A stretch of 32,000 nt of DNA from Corynebacterium amycolatum (GCF_049243625.1 NZ_CP046975.1); one strand, 5' to 3'. Counted from the first letter of the stretch, positions 1 to 10,130 are shown. Translations and numbers: made by a program. Notes: generated by a model not told the origin, from the letters alone.

Positions 1-909
1 CTCCGTGTGATTGGGCTTCCATCCGAGCTCGTCCATGGCACGCTGGGAAGAGGCAATAAGAGTTGCCGGATCACCGGCTCTGCGCGGTGCATCCTCAGCG
101 GGAATCGGGTGACCGGTGACCTTACGGCAGGTCTCGATGACCTGGCGAACCGAAAAGCCGTCGCCAGAACCGAGGTTAAAGATACGGTGCGTACCCGGCG
201 CGTTGGACTCCAGTGCCAATACGTGCGCATCCGCGAGGTCTTTGATGTGGATGTAGTCACGAACCGCGGTGCCGTCCGGAGTCGGCCAGTCATTGCCAAA
301 GACCATAATCTTGTCGCGATGACCAAGCGCAACCTGGAGTACCAGTGGAATGAGGTGAGTTTCTACCTCACGGTTTTCGCCAAAACCGTCCCAGGCACCC
401 GCCACATTGAAGTAACGCAAGCTGGTAGCGCCGATGTTGTATGCCTTGGCGTAAGACGCGATGGCGTAGTCCATGGCCAGCTTAGTGGCACCGTAAGGGT
501 TAGTCGGTGCGGTTGGCATGTCTTCGGTAATTGGTGTCTTCTCTGGCTCACCGTAGGTTGCGGCTGTCGAAGAGAACACCAAGCTATTCGTACCGGTATC
601 ACGCATCGCGTCGAGTAGCTTCAGGGTTTGGCCCACATTGTTGTGCCAGTAGTCGGAAGGAACTTCGACGGACTCGCCAACAAGCGATTTCGCAGCGAAA
701 TGAACGACACCGTCGAAGCTGTCGGAGGACAGAACCTCGTAGGCCTTGTCCGCCACATCACCTTCGACTAGGGTTGCGCCCTCCGGTACCGCATCACGGT
801 TGCCAACAGAGAAGTTGTCCAGAATGGTGACGTCGTGGCCAAGAGAAATCAATACTGCCGAGCAAACGCTACCGACGTAGCCGGCACCACCAGTGACTAG
901 GAGTTTCAT
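1..909 (-). CDS. galE: UDP-glucose 4-epimerase (partial; C-terminal end runs off the window)
   Basis: The reverse frame is open from the ATG at 907-909 down to base 1. It is absent from the ORF track because there is no stop in the window. My translation starts [20 protein letters not shown] (Rossmann GxxGxxG) and contains [11 protein letters not shown] (SDR YxxxK). There is an ATGA start/stop overlap with dtxR at 906-909. Confidence 0.9.
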   Translation of the reverse strand, partial: MKLLVTGGAGYVGSVCSAVLISLGHDVTILDNFSVGNRDAVPEGATLVEGDVADKAYEVLSSDSFDGVVHFAAKSLVGESVEVPSDYWHNNVGQTLKLLDAMRDTGTNSLVFSSTAATYGEPEKTPITEDMPTAPTNPYGATKLAMDYAIASYAKAYNIGATSLRYFNVAGAWDGFGENREVETHLIPLVLQVALGHRDKIMVFGNDWPTPDGTAVRDYIHIKDLADAHVLALESNAPGTHRIFNLGSGDGFSVRQVIETCRKVTGHPIPAEDAPRRAGDPATLIASSQRAMDELGWKPNHTE

Positions 910-1586
910 TTGGTAATCACCATGATCGCGTGAGACAGAGTATCTGGAATGTCGAGAGAATGATCACCGCGGGCAAGAGTCACGCGGCCAGCGGCAACCT
1001 CGGCAAGTGCTTCAGTACCCGGCATAATTCCGGCCTTGTGGAGACGCTTCATGTAGCTCTGCTCGACCTGCAGGATTTCGTTAATCTGGACGATTTCAAT
1101 CGTGTACTCACCGGGGTTTAGGTCGGAGAGCCGGCGAACGTTCTCTAACGGCTTTGGTGACTGAGTTCCACCGAGGTCTTCCAAACCGGGGATCGGGTTG
1201 CCGAATGGGGAGCGTGTGTAAGAGTCGAGCACGTCGAGAAGTTTGCGCTCGACCTCGTCACTCATTACGTGCTCCCAGCGGCAGGCTTCATCGTGAACCT
1301 TGTCCCATTCGAGGCCAATGACATCCGTAAGTAGGCGCTCAGCTAGGCGGTGCTTACGCATGACAGCTGTGGCCAGCCTGCGGCCCTCGTCGGAAAGCTG
1401 CAAGCTGCGATCTGGGGCAACTACAAGAAGGCCATCGCGCTCCATGCGCGCAACGGTTTGGCTAACGGTCGGCCCCGACTGCTCAAGGCGTTCGGCAATG
1501 CGAGCACGCAAAGGAATGATGCCCTCTTCTTCGAGTTCGAAAATCGTACGTAAGTACATTTCCGTGGTGTCAACCAAATCCCTCAC
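906..1586 (-). CDS. dtxR: Iron-dependent transcriptional regulator DtxR/IdeR
   Basis: 226-aa ORF. The N-terminus [49 protein letters not shown] and the segment [29 protein letters not shown] closely match DtxR of C. diphtheriae as I recall it. A C-terminal SH3-like domain is present. The GTG start is preceded by GGAGGA. Confidence 0.95.
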   Translation of the reverse strand: MRDLVDTTEMYLRTIFELEEEGIIPLRARIAERLEQSGPTVSQTVARMERDGLLVVAPDRSLQLSDEGRRLATAVMRKHRLAERLLTDVIGLEWDKVHDEACRWEHVMSDEVERKLLDVLDSYTRSPFGNPIPGLEDLGGTQSPKPLENVRRLSDLNPGEYTIEIVQINEILQVEQSYMKRLHKAGIMPGTEALAEVAAGRVTLARGDHSLDIPDTLSHAIMVITK

Positions 1587-1776
1587 GGTTTTCCTCCGAT
1601 AACGCAGTCTTAAAAGTTTTCACTCAAGTATTAGGATAACCACATTTGCGTAAGAAAGATGTTAGGGCTCGCAAATCCAGTGGCTGTGGTGCTGATTAGG
1701 CAGCGAAAAGCTTGGTTCGGTGGGCGCTGCTGAGATGTAAGGGAGCGTACGCGATGTCGAAAGTTCGACTTGCAGT

Positions 1777-1825
1777 CGAAAACGCCGACCGCCAGTGTGG
1801 ATGAAACTCCCGCACGGGGGTCGGC
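1777..1825 (-). terminator. Possible intrinsic terminator downstream of sigB
   Basis: On the minus strand, GCCGACC ... GGTCGGC (a 7-bp GC stem with a long loop) is followed by GTTTTCG. The long loop lowers confidence. Confidence 0.4.
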
Positions 1826-1890
1826 ATTGCAGTCCAGCTCTATCTCAGGGCTGAAATTGGGAACCCTATCGATGTCACCGCCATGTGGCG

Positions 1891-2880
1891 TTAGTTTGCG
1901 TACTCACGCAGCTTGTCAGCACGGTCTCCCTCGCGCAGCTTGGACATAACTTCCCGCTCAATCTGGCGGACGCGCTCGCGAGACAGGCCGAAGTGGCGGC
2001 CAATCTGATCCAGCGTGCGGGGTAGGCCATCGTCGAGACCGTAGCGGAGCTTAATAACTTCCTGCTCTCGAATCTCGAGAGTGGACAGAACCTTGCGGAC
2101 ATCGTGGTGACGCAGGGAAGCGACAACTGCTTCCTCAGCATCAGTTGCCTCTGAGTCCTCGATGAAGTCTCCCAGGGGAGCTTCCTCGTCAGTGCCCACT
2201 GGCATGTCCAAGCTCACCGGATCGCGGGACTGACGCAGCAGCATCTCAATCTTGGCTTCTGGAATGCCGGATTCCTCTGCCAATTCCTCATTCGTAGCCT
2301 CACGGCCGAGCTGCTGGTAGAGCTCACGCTTGATACGAGAAATCTTGTTGACCTGCTCAACCAAATGGACAGGGAGGCGAATAGTACGCGACTGATCAGC
2401 CATACCGCGGGTAATAGCCTGGCGAATCCACCACGTTGCGTATGTGGAGAACTTGAAGCCCTTGGTGTAATCGAACTTTTCCATGGCGCGGATGAGGCCC
2501 AAGTTGCCCTCCTGGATTAGATCCAGCAGCGGCATACCGCGGTTGGTGTAGCGCTTCGCCAGCGAGACCACAAGACGGAGATTGGCTTCGAGTAGGTGGG
2601 CGCGTGCGGCCTTACCTTCCTTCGCCAAAATCTTGACATCACGCTTCTTTGCACGGGTCATTTTTGCGCCGGTCTGCAGCAAATGCTCGGCGTATACACC
2701 GGCTTCAATGCGCTTAGAAAGTTCCACCTCTTCTTCAGCGCTGAGAAGAGCAGTCTTTCCGATGCCGTTCAAATACACACGAACCAAATCGGCGGACGGG
2801 TTGGAGTTATTGCCGGTGCGGCGCCCCTTGTCCCTTGTCTGACCTTCCAGTTCGTCATTTTGAATATCGGCACTCTTCAT
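1891..2880 (-). CDS. sigB: RNA polymerase sigma factor SigB (group 2 sigma-70)
   Basis: Sigma-70 regions 1.2 to 4 are present ([82 protein letters not shown]). The ORF is open to 2913, but the ATG at 2880 (MKSADIQ) has AGGAGG 6 nt upstream, so I use 2880. Confidence 0.9.
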   Translation of the reverse strand: MKSADIQNDELEGQTRDKGRRTGNNSNPSADLVRVYLNGIGKTALLSAEEEVELSKRIEAGVYAEHLLQTGAKMTRAKKRDVKILAKEGKAARAHLLEANLRLVVSLAKRYTNRGMPLLDLIQEGNLGLIRAMEKFDYTKGFKFSTYATWWIRQAITRGMADQSRTIRLPVHLVEQVNKISRIKRELYQQLGREATNEELAEESGIPEAKIEMLLRQSRDPVSLDMPVGTDEEAPLGDFIEDSEATDAEEAVVASLRHHDVRKVLSTLEIREQEVIKLRYGLDDGLPRTLDQIGRHFGLSRERVRQIEREVMSKLREGDRADKLREYAN

Positions 2881-2920
2881 GAATCTGCCTCCTGGATTTT
2901 TAAGTGGACTCAATAACTAC

Positions 2921-2947
2921 AACGCACGGAGTTACGAAAATGTTCCC
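2921..2947 (-). promoter_or_regulatory. ECF (SigE/SigH-type) promoter motif upstream of sigB
   Basis: The minus strand reads GGGAAC-attttcgtaactccgtg(17 nt)-CGTT, about 40 nt upstream of the sigB ATG. It matches the GGAAC-N16-18-(C)GTT class known to drive sigB in mycobacteria. Confidence 0.5.
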
Positions 2948-3016
2948 GTGAAAGGTGATGAATGTCAATAGGGTAATTTTGCCATGCAAATATAATGTTA
3001 AGAAAAACTACCGTCA

Positions 3017-3451
3017 CTAGCATTCCACAAGAACTGTAAAGGGGCCATCGTTGACTGATGTCACCTCCATCATTGCCCCAAATTGTCCTGTTTCGACCGT
3101 CAAGCCACGATTGCGCAAGTTCTCGACAATTTTTTCAATGACGGGTTCGGCCTCTGGGCCCGGAGCCGCGTCTACCCACGACGGCCGCCGTCCCTTCTTT
3201 GTCGCCCCCATCAACGTGAATTGGCTAACGACGAGCACCTGGGCGCCAGCATCGACAGCGCTGAGTTCGCCATCCAGGATGCGCAGCTCCGCGATCTTGC
3301 GGGCCATCGTTTCCCAAGCATCAGCAGAGTCCTCGCGGCCAACGCCTACGAGCGCCAAAATGGCACCAGTATCGCCTCCGTCAACGTGCCCAACAACGGA
3401 ACCGTCGACAGTGACTGACGCGGATTTAACTCGGGTGAGAACGGCTTTCAT
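3017..3451 (-). CDS. dtd: D-aminoacyl-tRNA deacylase
   Basis: 144 aa. [11 protein letters not shown] and SQFTLMG..KKGRRPS..A are typical Dtd signatures. The start abuts the stop of the upstream methyltransferase (3451/3452). Confidence 0.9.
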   Translation of the reverse strand: MKAVLTRVKSASVTVDGSVVGHVDGGDTGAILALVGVGREDSADAWETMARKIAELRILDGELSAVDAGAQVLVVSQFTLMGATKKGRRPSWVDAAPGPEAEPVIEKIVENLRNRGLTVETGQFGAMMEVTSVNDGPFTVLVEC

Positions 3452-5026
3452 TTACTGTTTATCCTCCAAGAGCTCGGTGGGGAGAATCAGACCATGGCGA
3501 ACCAGGTCAACGACAATGGGAACTAGGGCGTCTTTGATGGCAGGTACGTCGGCCTCATCGAAGGCTCCAAACATTGCCATGATGTCGATGACTGAGCCCA
3601 GAGCAGCTTCGGGATGCAGCGCACCCAGAATGGTTGCCACGGACTCATCGATTGAGTGTGTCCAGGCGGGGCCATCGGTGCGTGAGAGGCGCGTATCGAA
3701 CTCAGTGAAGCCCTGGCCGCTTTCGACGTCGGCAAGCGAAACGCGTTCGATGGCGACACCGGGGCGCACGGTAAAGGAAGCTTCGAGGATGGTGTCGGCA
3801 GTTTGTGCACGAAGCCATTCGGCGCGGCCGAGATACTCCTCGGCTTCGGCGGCGAAGGGAGCGGCCAAAGGCTGCGGCATTTCCTCGCACACGGCGGAAG
3901 TCGGGCCGTTGATGCGTTGGACTGTGATGTAGCCGAACCCGATGCCTGTCACGCCGCTGTTGCGAAAGTGCTCCAGCCAGGCACGAGAGCGCTCGCACCC
4001 CTCTGGGCTGCGGGGGTCGATGGACTCGTCTCGAAGCCAGGTGCCAATGTATTCCGCCGGCGTAGCGAGATCCCGTTGCGTTACCCACACCTCGAGGCCC
4101 TCAGCAGGGAGCCAAGAAGCGATGCGCTGTTGCCAACTCTCGCCCTCGATATGGGCCCAAGCGCCGAGTAGATGCGCCGTGCCGCCGTCGGTGAGATGGT
4201 CGGCCAGACCGCGGATCATAAGCTCGGTGGCACCGTCCAGATTCAGTCCTGAGTCACGGTAAACATGTTCCACACTTGGCAGTCCTACGACGAACGGCGG
4301 GTTGGCCACAATGCGGTCAAACTTCTGGCCTGCAACCGGTTCAAACCACGAACCTTCGAGAGCCTGCGCTTGGTCGAAGCCATTAGCTGCGAAAGTAGCG
4401 CGGGCAAAAAACAGCGCGCGGGGGTGAATGTCTGTCGCGACAATCGACTTTGCATCAGGTTGGGCAAGGCTCTGGATGCCACAACCGGCACCGAGATCGA
4501 GTACGGATTCCACCGCCGAGGTCGACGAAATATCGAGGAGAGAGCGGGAAGCCCGCCCTACGCCTAGGACATGATCGGGTCCAGGAACGTGATCGTTCAT
4601 AGAGGCGTCGCGGTCGGAAAAGATAATACGGTCGACTCCCGCAATCTCGACCGGGCGCACATCGATACACACCTGTGCGTTGCTGGCGGTGCCGGCAAGT
4701 ATGCCGCTGTCCAGCAACTTGACTGTCAGCTCAGCTCCAAATAGCTGCTCTGCGTCGGCGAAATCGCCCAGGATGAGAAGACGCAACGCGGTCACAGTAT
4801 CCGCAGAAACGCCGTCCGTCTCGGTAAGCAGAGCATCGACAACGCCGGGCTCACCGCGGTCCAGCGCGGCTAACCCCTCGGCTCCTAGGACTCGACGCAG
4901 TGACTCGCTGGAAAACTCAAGGCGCCTAAGTGCGGTGGCGAATTCCTCTGCACAGTCGACAAAAGCACGAAGCTGCTGATCAGTCGGTGGGGTGAAGGTG
5001 GAGGGGGAAAAGGTCATCGTAGGCAC
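3452..5026 (-). CDS. Class I SAM-dependent methyltransferase (NPPF motif, HemK/RsmC-like catalytic domain with long N-terminal extension)
   Basis: 524 aa. Motif I is VLDLGAGCGIQSL and motif IV is IVANPPFVVG. The substrate cannot be assigned from sequence. Confidence 0.7.
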   Translation of the reverse strand: MPTMTFSPSTFTPPTDQQLRAFVDCAEEFATALRRLEFSSESLRRVLGAEGLAALDRGEPGVVDALLTETDGVSADTVTALRLLILGDFADAEQLFGAELTVKLLDSGILAGTASNAQVCIDVRPVEIAGVDRIIFSDRDASMNDHVPGPDHVLGVGRASRSLLDISSTSAVESVLDLGAGCGIQSLAQPDAKSIVATDIHPRALFFARATFAANGFDQAQALEGSWFEPVAGQKFDRIVANPPFVVGLPSVEHVYRDSGLNLDGATELMIRGLADHLTDGGTAHLLGAWAHIEGESWQQRIASWLPAEGLEVWVTQRDLATPAEYIGTWLRDESIDPRSPEGCERSRAWLEHFRNSGVTGIGFGYITVQRINGPTSAVCEEMPQPLAAPFAAEAEEYLGRAEWLRAQTADTILEASFTVRPGVAIERVSLADVESGQGFTEFDTRLSRTDGPAWTHSIDESVATILGALHPEAALGSVIDIMAMFGAFDEADVPAIKDALVPIVVDLVRHGLILPTELLEDKQ

Positions 5027-5055
5027 TACCTTCGTCGTAAAGCGGGGCGGAGGGG

Positions 5056-5595
5056 CTAGTTAGGGGAGCTTGACGACGGATCGTCGTCTTCCGGCATATC
5101 GATGACATTTGCGTCATCGAAGGGATTTGAGGTGGTCTCGTTACCGGACCGCGGCGGTGCGTCGGTGTCTTCGGTACTGGCAGCAGAACCGAGCGCGCGC
5201 ATCTCCGCTTCCTTGAGGGCGCGCTGGCGCTGTTGTTCCTCCCATTTGCGGTTTTGCTCGCGTACAACTCCTGGCTTGTAGACGCGCGGTTTGCGCTTGT
5301 CAGCGGGTTCTCCAACGCCATTGGCGATGACAACCGCGATCCACGGCATGGGTACGGAGACGACCATGAGAATCGCCGCAATCCACGGCACATCCCACCA
5401 CAGGTAAAAAGCGCCGGAAAGAAGTAGCAATGGAATGCGAGACCATTGCAGGGCCGCGTAGACGTGGCGGCGGTGGTCGTAGTTGCGAATCCTTGAGCCG
5501 CGGGCGTCGGTAATCAACGCCGCGTCTTTCTTGCGTCGCCGGGAACTTCCGCGTTTCGGCAGCGCGGAGTCGCGACGGTCATTGATTCGCGCCAT
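5056..5595 (-). CDS. DUF3099-type small membrane protein
   Basis: 179 aa. It has a basic N-terminus, two adjacent TM helices (IPLLLLSGAFYLWW / WIAAILMVVSVPMPWIAVVIANG) and a charged tail. Its position next to sigB matches the conserved actinobacterial DUF3099 gene. Confidence 0.7.
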   Translation of the reverse strand: MARINDRRDSALPKRGSSRRRKKDAALITDARGSRIRNYDHRRHVYAALQWSRIPLLLLSGAFYLWWDVPWIAAILMVVSVPMPWIAVVIANGVGEPADKRKPRVYKPGVVREQNRKWEEQQRQRALKEAEMRALGSAASTEDTDAPPRSGNETTSNPFDDANVIDMPEDDDPSSSSPN

Positions 5596-5742
5596 GGTTG
5601 CCTAGCATACGCCTGTGGCGTGGGGGTGTCTCAACTAGCTATGCCCGTTGCAGCTGCATGCTCGCGTAGTCGCAGCGGTGTTGTGGATGGCTGTGGAAGG
5701 TAGCAGTCAGCAGCGGCAAGCACCTGGGGCGCTAGGCATAAT

Positions 5743-6018
5743 TTGACCAATGGGGCACAATTGGAATCTGTGAGCACTCCATTGAAGACGACAAAGACGA
5801 TTGAACGCACCGATACCCGCGTCGATGAGTCGACGAGGGACGACACTCCGAAGTTCTTCCATTACGTCAAGAAGGACCAGATCGTGAACTCCGCGGTCAA
5901 CGGCTCCTACGTCGTTGCTCTGTGCGGTGAAACCTTCCCAGTGAAGAAGTCGGCGAAGCCGGGTTCACCGGTATGCCCTGACTGCGAGCGGATTTACAAG
6001 TCCCTGCGTCGCAAGTGA
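5743..6018 (+). CDS. DUF3039-type small protein (putative Zn-binding)
   Basis: 91-aa ORF with the core FFHYVKKDQI..ALCGETFPV..GSPVCPDCERIY. The start is uncertain (TTG 5743, TTG 5761 or GTG 5770). The stop overlaps the helicase start (GTGA). Confidence 0.7.
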   Translation: MTNGAQLESVSTPLKTTKTIERTDTRVDESTRDDTPKFFHYVKKDQIVNSAVNGSYVVALCGETFPVKKSAKPGSPVCPDCERIYKSLRRK

Positions 6019-7760
6019 GCGGGCTTCGTAAATGGCAGCAGGAGGCCCTCGACAAATACCTGGCGACTAACCCCAAGGACTTCCTTGCAGTGGCGACACC
6101 GGGCGCAGGTAAGACGACCTTCGCTCTGCGTATCGCCAGTGAGTTGCTGTCGCGGCGGATTGTCGAGCGCATTATCGTCGTAGTGCCTACTGAGCACCTG
6201 AAGGTACAGTGGGCTGCCTCTGCTGCTCGTTCGGGGATTGCGTTGGATCCCAAGTTCTCCAACGCCAAGGGTGTGGTAAACCCTTCCTACCAGGGAATTG
6301 TTGTGACCTACGCCCAAGTCGCAGTGCATCCGTTTAAGCACCATGCCGTAGCCACCGCTCGGCCGACATTGGTGATTCTGGACGAGGTACACCACGGCGG
6401 TGATGCCAAGAGTTGGGGCGACGGCATTTCTGAGGCTTACGGTGATGTCGAACGCCGCCTGTGCTTAACTGGTACGCCGTTCCGCTCCGATGACGCGGCA
6501 ATTCCGTTTGTTCGCTACTCGCCGGATGGCGATGGTTACTCGCGCTCCGTCGCTGACTACACGTACGGCTATTCCAATGCGCTTGCCGACGGCGTCGTGC
6601 GCCCAGTGGTCTTTTTGGCTTACTCCGGTGAAGCTCGCTGGCGTGATAGCGCGGGTGATGAGTTCGCTGCGCGTCTGGGTACCGTGATGAGCCCAGAGGA
6701 GACCACTCGAGCTTGGCGCACCGCGCTTGATCCAAAGGGCGAGTGGATGCCGTCGGTGCTGCGGGCAGCGCATACCCGGCTCTCGCAGATGAGGCAGCAT
6801 ATTCCCGATGCCGGTGGCCTGGTTATCGCCTCCGATGCGGCAACTGCCCGTGCGTACAAGCGCATTCTCGAGCAGATTGCCTCCACACCGGTGGCGTTGG
6901 TGCTTTCGGATGAGCCTGGCTCGTCGGAACGCATTAAGACCTTCTCCGAGTCCACCGACGAGTGGATGGTGGCTGTGCGAATGGTCTCCGAAGGCGTGGA
7001 CGTGCCAAGGTTGGCGGTCGGCGTGTATGCGACTAGTTCCTCGACTCCGCTATTCTTCGCGCAGGCTATCGGACGATTCGTGCGAAGCCGCATGCCGGGG
7101 GAGACTGCGTCCGTCTTCTTGCCGTCGATTCCTGTGCTGCTCGACTTGGCCTCGCAGATGGAGGTGCAGCGCAACCACGTGCTCGGTAAACCGGATCGGC
7201 CTTCGGAGGGCTGGGAAGATGACTTGGTCGCCGAAGCTAACCGGCGTAAGGATGAGCCCGACGAACTGCTGCCGGCCTACGAATCCATTGGCGCGGATGC
7301 TGAACTCGACTACCTGATCTACGACGGTTCCTCCTACGGCACCGCAACCGTTGCCGGTTCCGCTGAAGAAGCTGACTACCTTGGCTTGCCCGGGCTTCTC
7401 GACGCTGAGCAAATGCGACTCTTGCTGCGTCAGCGGCAGGATGAACAGCTTAAAGCCGCCAGTGCCCGAGAGAAGGAAGCCCGCGAGGAGGCGAGGGAAT
7501 CGTCGTCAAGCGGAGGCGAAGGCGGCGCGGTCCACCGCATTGAGGGATCGGCGTACCCGAGGCCGCAGAAGGTGGCCAGTGAGGTGTTGCCGAAGTTGCG
7601 GAAGGAACTCAATACGCTGGTGTCTATGACGGCGGCGCGAACCGGTAAGCCACATGGTCAGGTGCATAACGAGGTTCGGCGCGCCTGTGGTGGCCCGCCG
7701 ACTGCGCTGTGTACGGAGGAGCAGTTGCGCGATCGCATTAGCTACCTGCGTAATTGGTAG
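6015..7760 (+). CDS. Superfamily-2 DEAD/DEAH-box family helicase
   Basis: 581 aa. Walker A is ATPGAGKTTFA, motif II is ILDEVHHGG, followed by LTGTPFRSD, and the C-terminal RecA-like lobe carries MVSEGVDVPRL and QAIGRFVR. There is a charged low-complexity linker and a conserved-looking about 70-aa tail. Confidence 0.8.
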   Translation: MSGLRKWQQEALDKYLATNPKDFLAVATPGAGKTTFALRIASELLSRRIVERIIVVVPTEHLKVQWAASAARSGIALDPKFSNAKGVVNPSYQGIVVTYAQVAVHPFKHHAVATARPTLVILDEVHHGGDAKSWGDGISEAYGDVERRLCLTGTPFRSDDAAIPFVRYSPDGDGYSRSVADYTYGYSNALADGVVRPVVFLAYSGEARWRDSAGDEFAARLGTVMSPEETTRAWRTALDPKGEWMPSVLRAAHTRLSQMRQHIPDAGGLVIASDAATARAYKRILEQIASTPVALVLSDEPGSSERIKTFSESTDEWMVAVRMVSEGVDVPRLAVGVYATSSSTPLFFAQAIGRFVRSRMPGETASVFLPSIPVLLDLASQMEVQRNHVLGKPDRPSEGWEDDLVAEANRRKDEPDELLPAYESIGADAELDYLIYDGSSYGTATVAGSAEEADYLGLPGLLDAEQMRLLLRQRQDEQLKAASAREKEAREEARESSSSGGEGGAVHRIEGSAYPRPQKVASEVLPKLRKELNTLVSMTAARTGKPHGQVHNEVRRACGGPPTALCTEEQLRDRISYLRNW

Positions 7761-7799
7761 GGTTTCAAGCGAACTGAGCAATCTATGGTGGAGAGAAGA

Positions 7800-8240
7800 A
7801 TGTCGGCAAGCAGTGATAAGTCGAGGCCGTCGGAATTGACCGGCGGTGGTTTGTCGGCTGTACCAGGCAATGACAGTCGGACTATTGGCGTGCTGGCACT
7901 GATCTTTGGTGTCGGCGGACTCTTGATGTCCTGGATGATCGTTGGTGGCATCCTCGGAGTCTTTGGCATTGTTCTGGGCATCATCGCGATGGCGAAGGCG
8001 CTGAGCGCGAAGAAGCGCGTGCAGGCTGCTGGGGAAGACGCGGTCATCAGCGGTTCGTTCGGATTGGGCGTTGTCGGCATTGTGACGGGTATTGCAGCCG
8101 CCGTGGTGTCGCTGATGCTGTACTGGTCGACATCAGACGCGATGTCGAAGTGCGAGAAATTCGAGCGTACCTCTGGAGAGTATGCCGAGTGCATCTCCAA
8201 TCAGATGGGGACTGACCAGCCAAAGAAGCAATCGGAGTGA
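7800..8240 (+). CDS. DUF4190-like small membrane protein
   Basis: Gly/Ile/Val-rich TM segments (IGVLALIFGVGGLLMSWMIVGGILGVFGIVLGIIAM, FGLGVVGIVTGIAAAVVSLML). The ORF opens at 7785, but the ATG at 7800 has GGAGAG 4 nt upstream. Confidence 0.6.
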   Translation: MSASSDKSRPSELTGGGLSAVPGNDSRTIGVLALIFGVGGLLMSWMIVGGILGVFGIVLGIIAMAKALSAKKRVQAAGEDAVISGSFGLGVVGIVTGIAAAVVSLMLYWSTSDAMSKCEKFERTSGEYAECISNQMGTDQPKKQSE

Positions 8241-8336
8241 GTTCGGACGCGAAGTCAATGGCGGTGTTACTTTGTGCCCGGAGTTTTCGGTTAATGCCAG
8301 ATGCGCAATGAGGAAATGAGCTAACCCCGTAATCCA

Positions 8337-8379
8337 CCCCCGAAGTCCAACTGCCTGCGGTTTCGGCCGGGGGTTTCTT
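8337..8379 (+). terminator. Possible intrinsic terminator after the DUF4190 gene
   Basis: CCCCCG(AA)...(TTTCGG)CCGGGGG is followed by TTTCTT. The stem is imperfect. Confidence 0.35.
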
Positions 8380-8522
8380 AGTGAAATCTCATATTTGGCC
8401 GAGTGTTGGTAATGATATTGGTGTCAGAAAGTACCCACATTTGGCATCCCCTACATGCGGTAAACGTGTGAACATGCGTGCAATACAGGATGTCTGCTGA
8501 TTATTAAATAGGAGCGTGAATC

Positions 8523-10130
8523 GTGGCAGCGACATCTACGCGCGACAACTCCCCGGAACTGTCACCTGGCCAACAAGACCGTGGTTACCTCAGCCGGGAG
8601 CTTTTCCGTAAGCGCACCGGTCTAGGACTCGGTATCATCCTGTCCTTGCTCGTGTACTTCTTTATGCCGGCTGAGCTCGATCACAACCTGCGTGCAACCG
8701 CAGGTGTAGCAGTGCTTATGGCCGTGTGGTGGATGTCCGAGGCTATCCCGATTGCCGTTACGGCTCTGCTGCCGCTGGCGCTATTCCCGATTCTCAACCT
8801 CGCGGAGATTAAGGATTTCTCGGGCAAGTACACAGACCCGACCATCTTCCTCTTTATGGGCGGCTTCCTGTTGGCACTGGCGATGCAGCGTTGGAACCTA
8901 CACAAGCGTGTCGCATTGTGGGTCCTGGTGCTCATGGGGTCGTCACCAAAGATGCTGATTCTAGGCTTCATGGTGGCTACTGGCTTCCTGTCGATGTGGG
9001 TATCCAACACGGCCACGGCCGTGATGATGCTGCCAATCGGTGTGTCCGTGCTGAGCCTGATTGTCCGAATGCTGCACGATGAGAAAGTTGCTGCAGAGGA
9101 TGCGGGATCTGCGAGTGAATCGGTCGCCGAAACCCCTGGTGGGGATGCGCTGGAGGAGGCGGAGGAGTCGTCGTCAAGTTACGACCCGATGCCAAAGTCG
9201 AACTTCGGTATCGCGCTGATGCTGGGTATCGCTTACGCGGCATCGATTGGTTCGTTGGGAACGATTATTGGTACTCCGCCGAACGCGATGCTGGCGGCCT
9301 ACATGGCGGAGCAGGGTGTCAACATTGGGTTTGGCCAGTGGATGCTGCTGGGTGTCCCGGTGGCGGTTGTGCTCATGCTCTGTGCATGGTTCCTGCTGAC
9401 AAGTGTTCTGTTTAAGCCGGAGATTGCGCATATTCCAGGCGGACGCGAACTGATGCGTGACGAGCTCAAGCGTCTCGGCCGTATGTCGGCGGGTGAGCGT
9501 CGCGTGCTCATGGTGTTTATCGCGGCTGCGCTGGCGTGGGTCTTTGTTCCGGTGCTGCTGCCAGACACCAAGATTGCCGATGCGGTAATCGCGATGACGG
9601 TAGGTATTGCACTGTTCCTGATTCCGGGTGGCCCTGATGGCGTGAAGCTCATGCGCTGGGAAAATGCGTTGGAGCTGCCGTGGGGTGTGCTGCTGCTGTT
9701 CGGTGGTGGCCTGGCGCTGTCCTCGCAGTTCGGTGCCTCTGGGCTGTCGGACTGGATTGGCGAGCAGCTGTCTACCCTCGGCTGGATGCCAGTGGCTGCA
9801 CTCGTGGTTGTCGTCGGCGCCGTTGTGCTGTTCCTGACCGAGTTCACGTCTAACACCGCGACGGCCGCGACCTTCCTGCCGCTGGTTGGTGCGATGGCAA
9901 TCGGCTTGGGCCACGACCAGATGATCTTCGCTGTTCCAGTTGCACTGGCGGCTACTTCGGCGTTCATGATGCCGGTTGCAACACCGCCGAACGCCATCGC
10001 CTACGGCTCCGGCTACGTCAGCATGGACAACATGGTCAAGACCGGTGTTTGGCTGAACATCATTGCGCTGATTGTGATTTCTGTGGCTTCGCTGACGCTG
10101 CTGCAGTGGGTATTCGGCGTCGTGTACTAG
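8523..10130 (+). CDS. DASS/SLC13-family anion (di/tricarboxylate or sulfate):cation symporter
   Basis: 535 aa and polytopic. Both SNTAT hairpin motifs are present (WVSNTATAVMMLP and EFTSNTATAATFLP), plus GTPPNA / ATPPNA. The GTG start has AGGAG 8 nt upstream. Confidence 0.85.
   Translation: MAATSTRDNSPELSPGQQDRGYLSRELFRKRTGLGLGIILSLLVYFFMPAELDHNLRATAGVAVLMAVWWMSEAIPIAVTALLPLALFPILNLAEIKDFSGKYTDPTIFLFMGGFLLALAMQRWNLHKRVALWVLVLMGSSPKMLILGFMVATGFLSMWVSNTATAVMMLPIGVSVLSLIVRMLHDEKVAAEDAGSASESVAETPGGDALEEAEESSSSYDPMPKSNFGIALMLGIAYAASIGSLGTIIGTPPNAMLAAYMAEQGVNIGFGQWMLLGVPVAVVLMLCAWFLLTSVLFKPEIAHIPGGRELMRDELKRLGRMSAGERRVLMVFIAAALAWVFVPVLLPDTKIADAVIAMTVGIALFLIPGGPDGVKLMRWENALELPWGVLLLFGGGLALSSQFGASGLSDWIGEQLSTLGWMPVAALVVVVGAVVLFLTEFTSNTATAATFLPLVGAMAIGLGHDQMIFAVPVALAATSAFMMPVATPPNAIAYGSGYVSMDNMVKTGVWLNIIALIVISVASLTLLQWVFGVVY

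Noticed and set aside
7-618. 203-aa plus-strand ORF at the window start
   Set aside because: It is antisense to galE, whose reverse frame gives the Rossmann and YxxxK motifs.
3051-3932. 293-aa plus-strand ORF antisense to dtd and the NPPF methyltransferase
   Set aside because: It has Ser/Thr/Ala/Pro/Arg-rich composition and no motifs. It overlaps two genes with clear family signatures on the other strand.
9174-9997. 246-aa and 232-aa minus-strand ORFs inside the DASS transporter gene
   Set aside because: Their Arg/His/Gln-rich or Ser/Thr/Pro-rich composition is typical of antisense frames in GC-rich DNA. The transporter frame has both SNTAT motifs.
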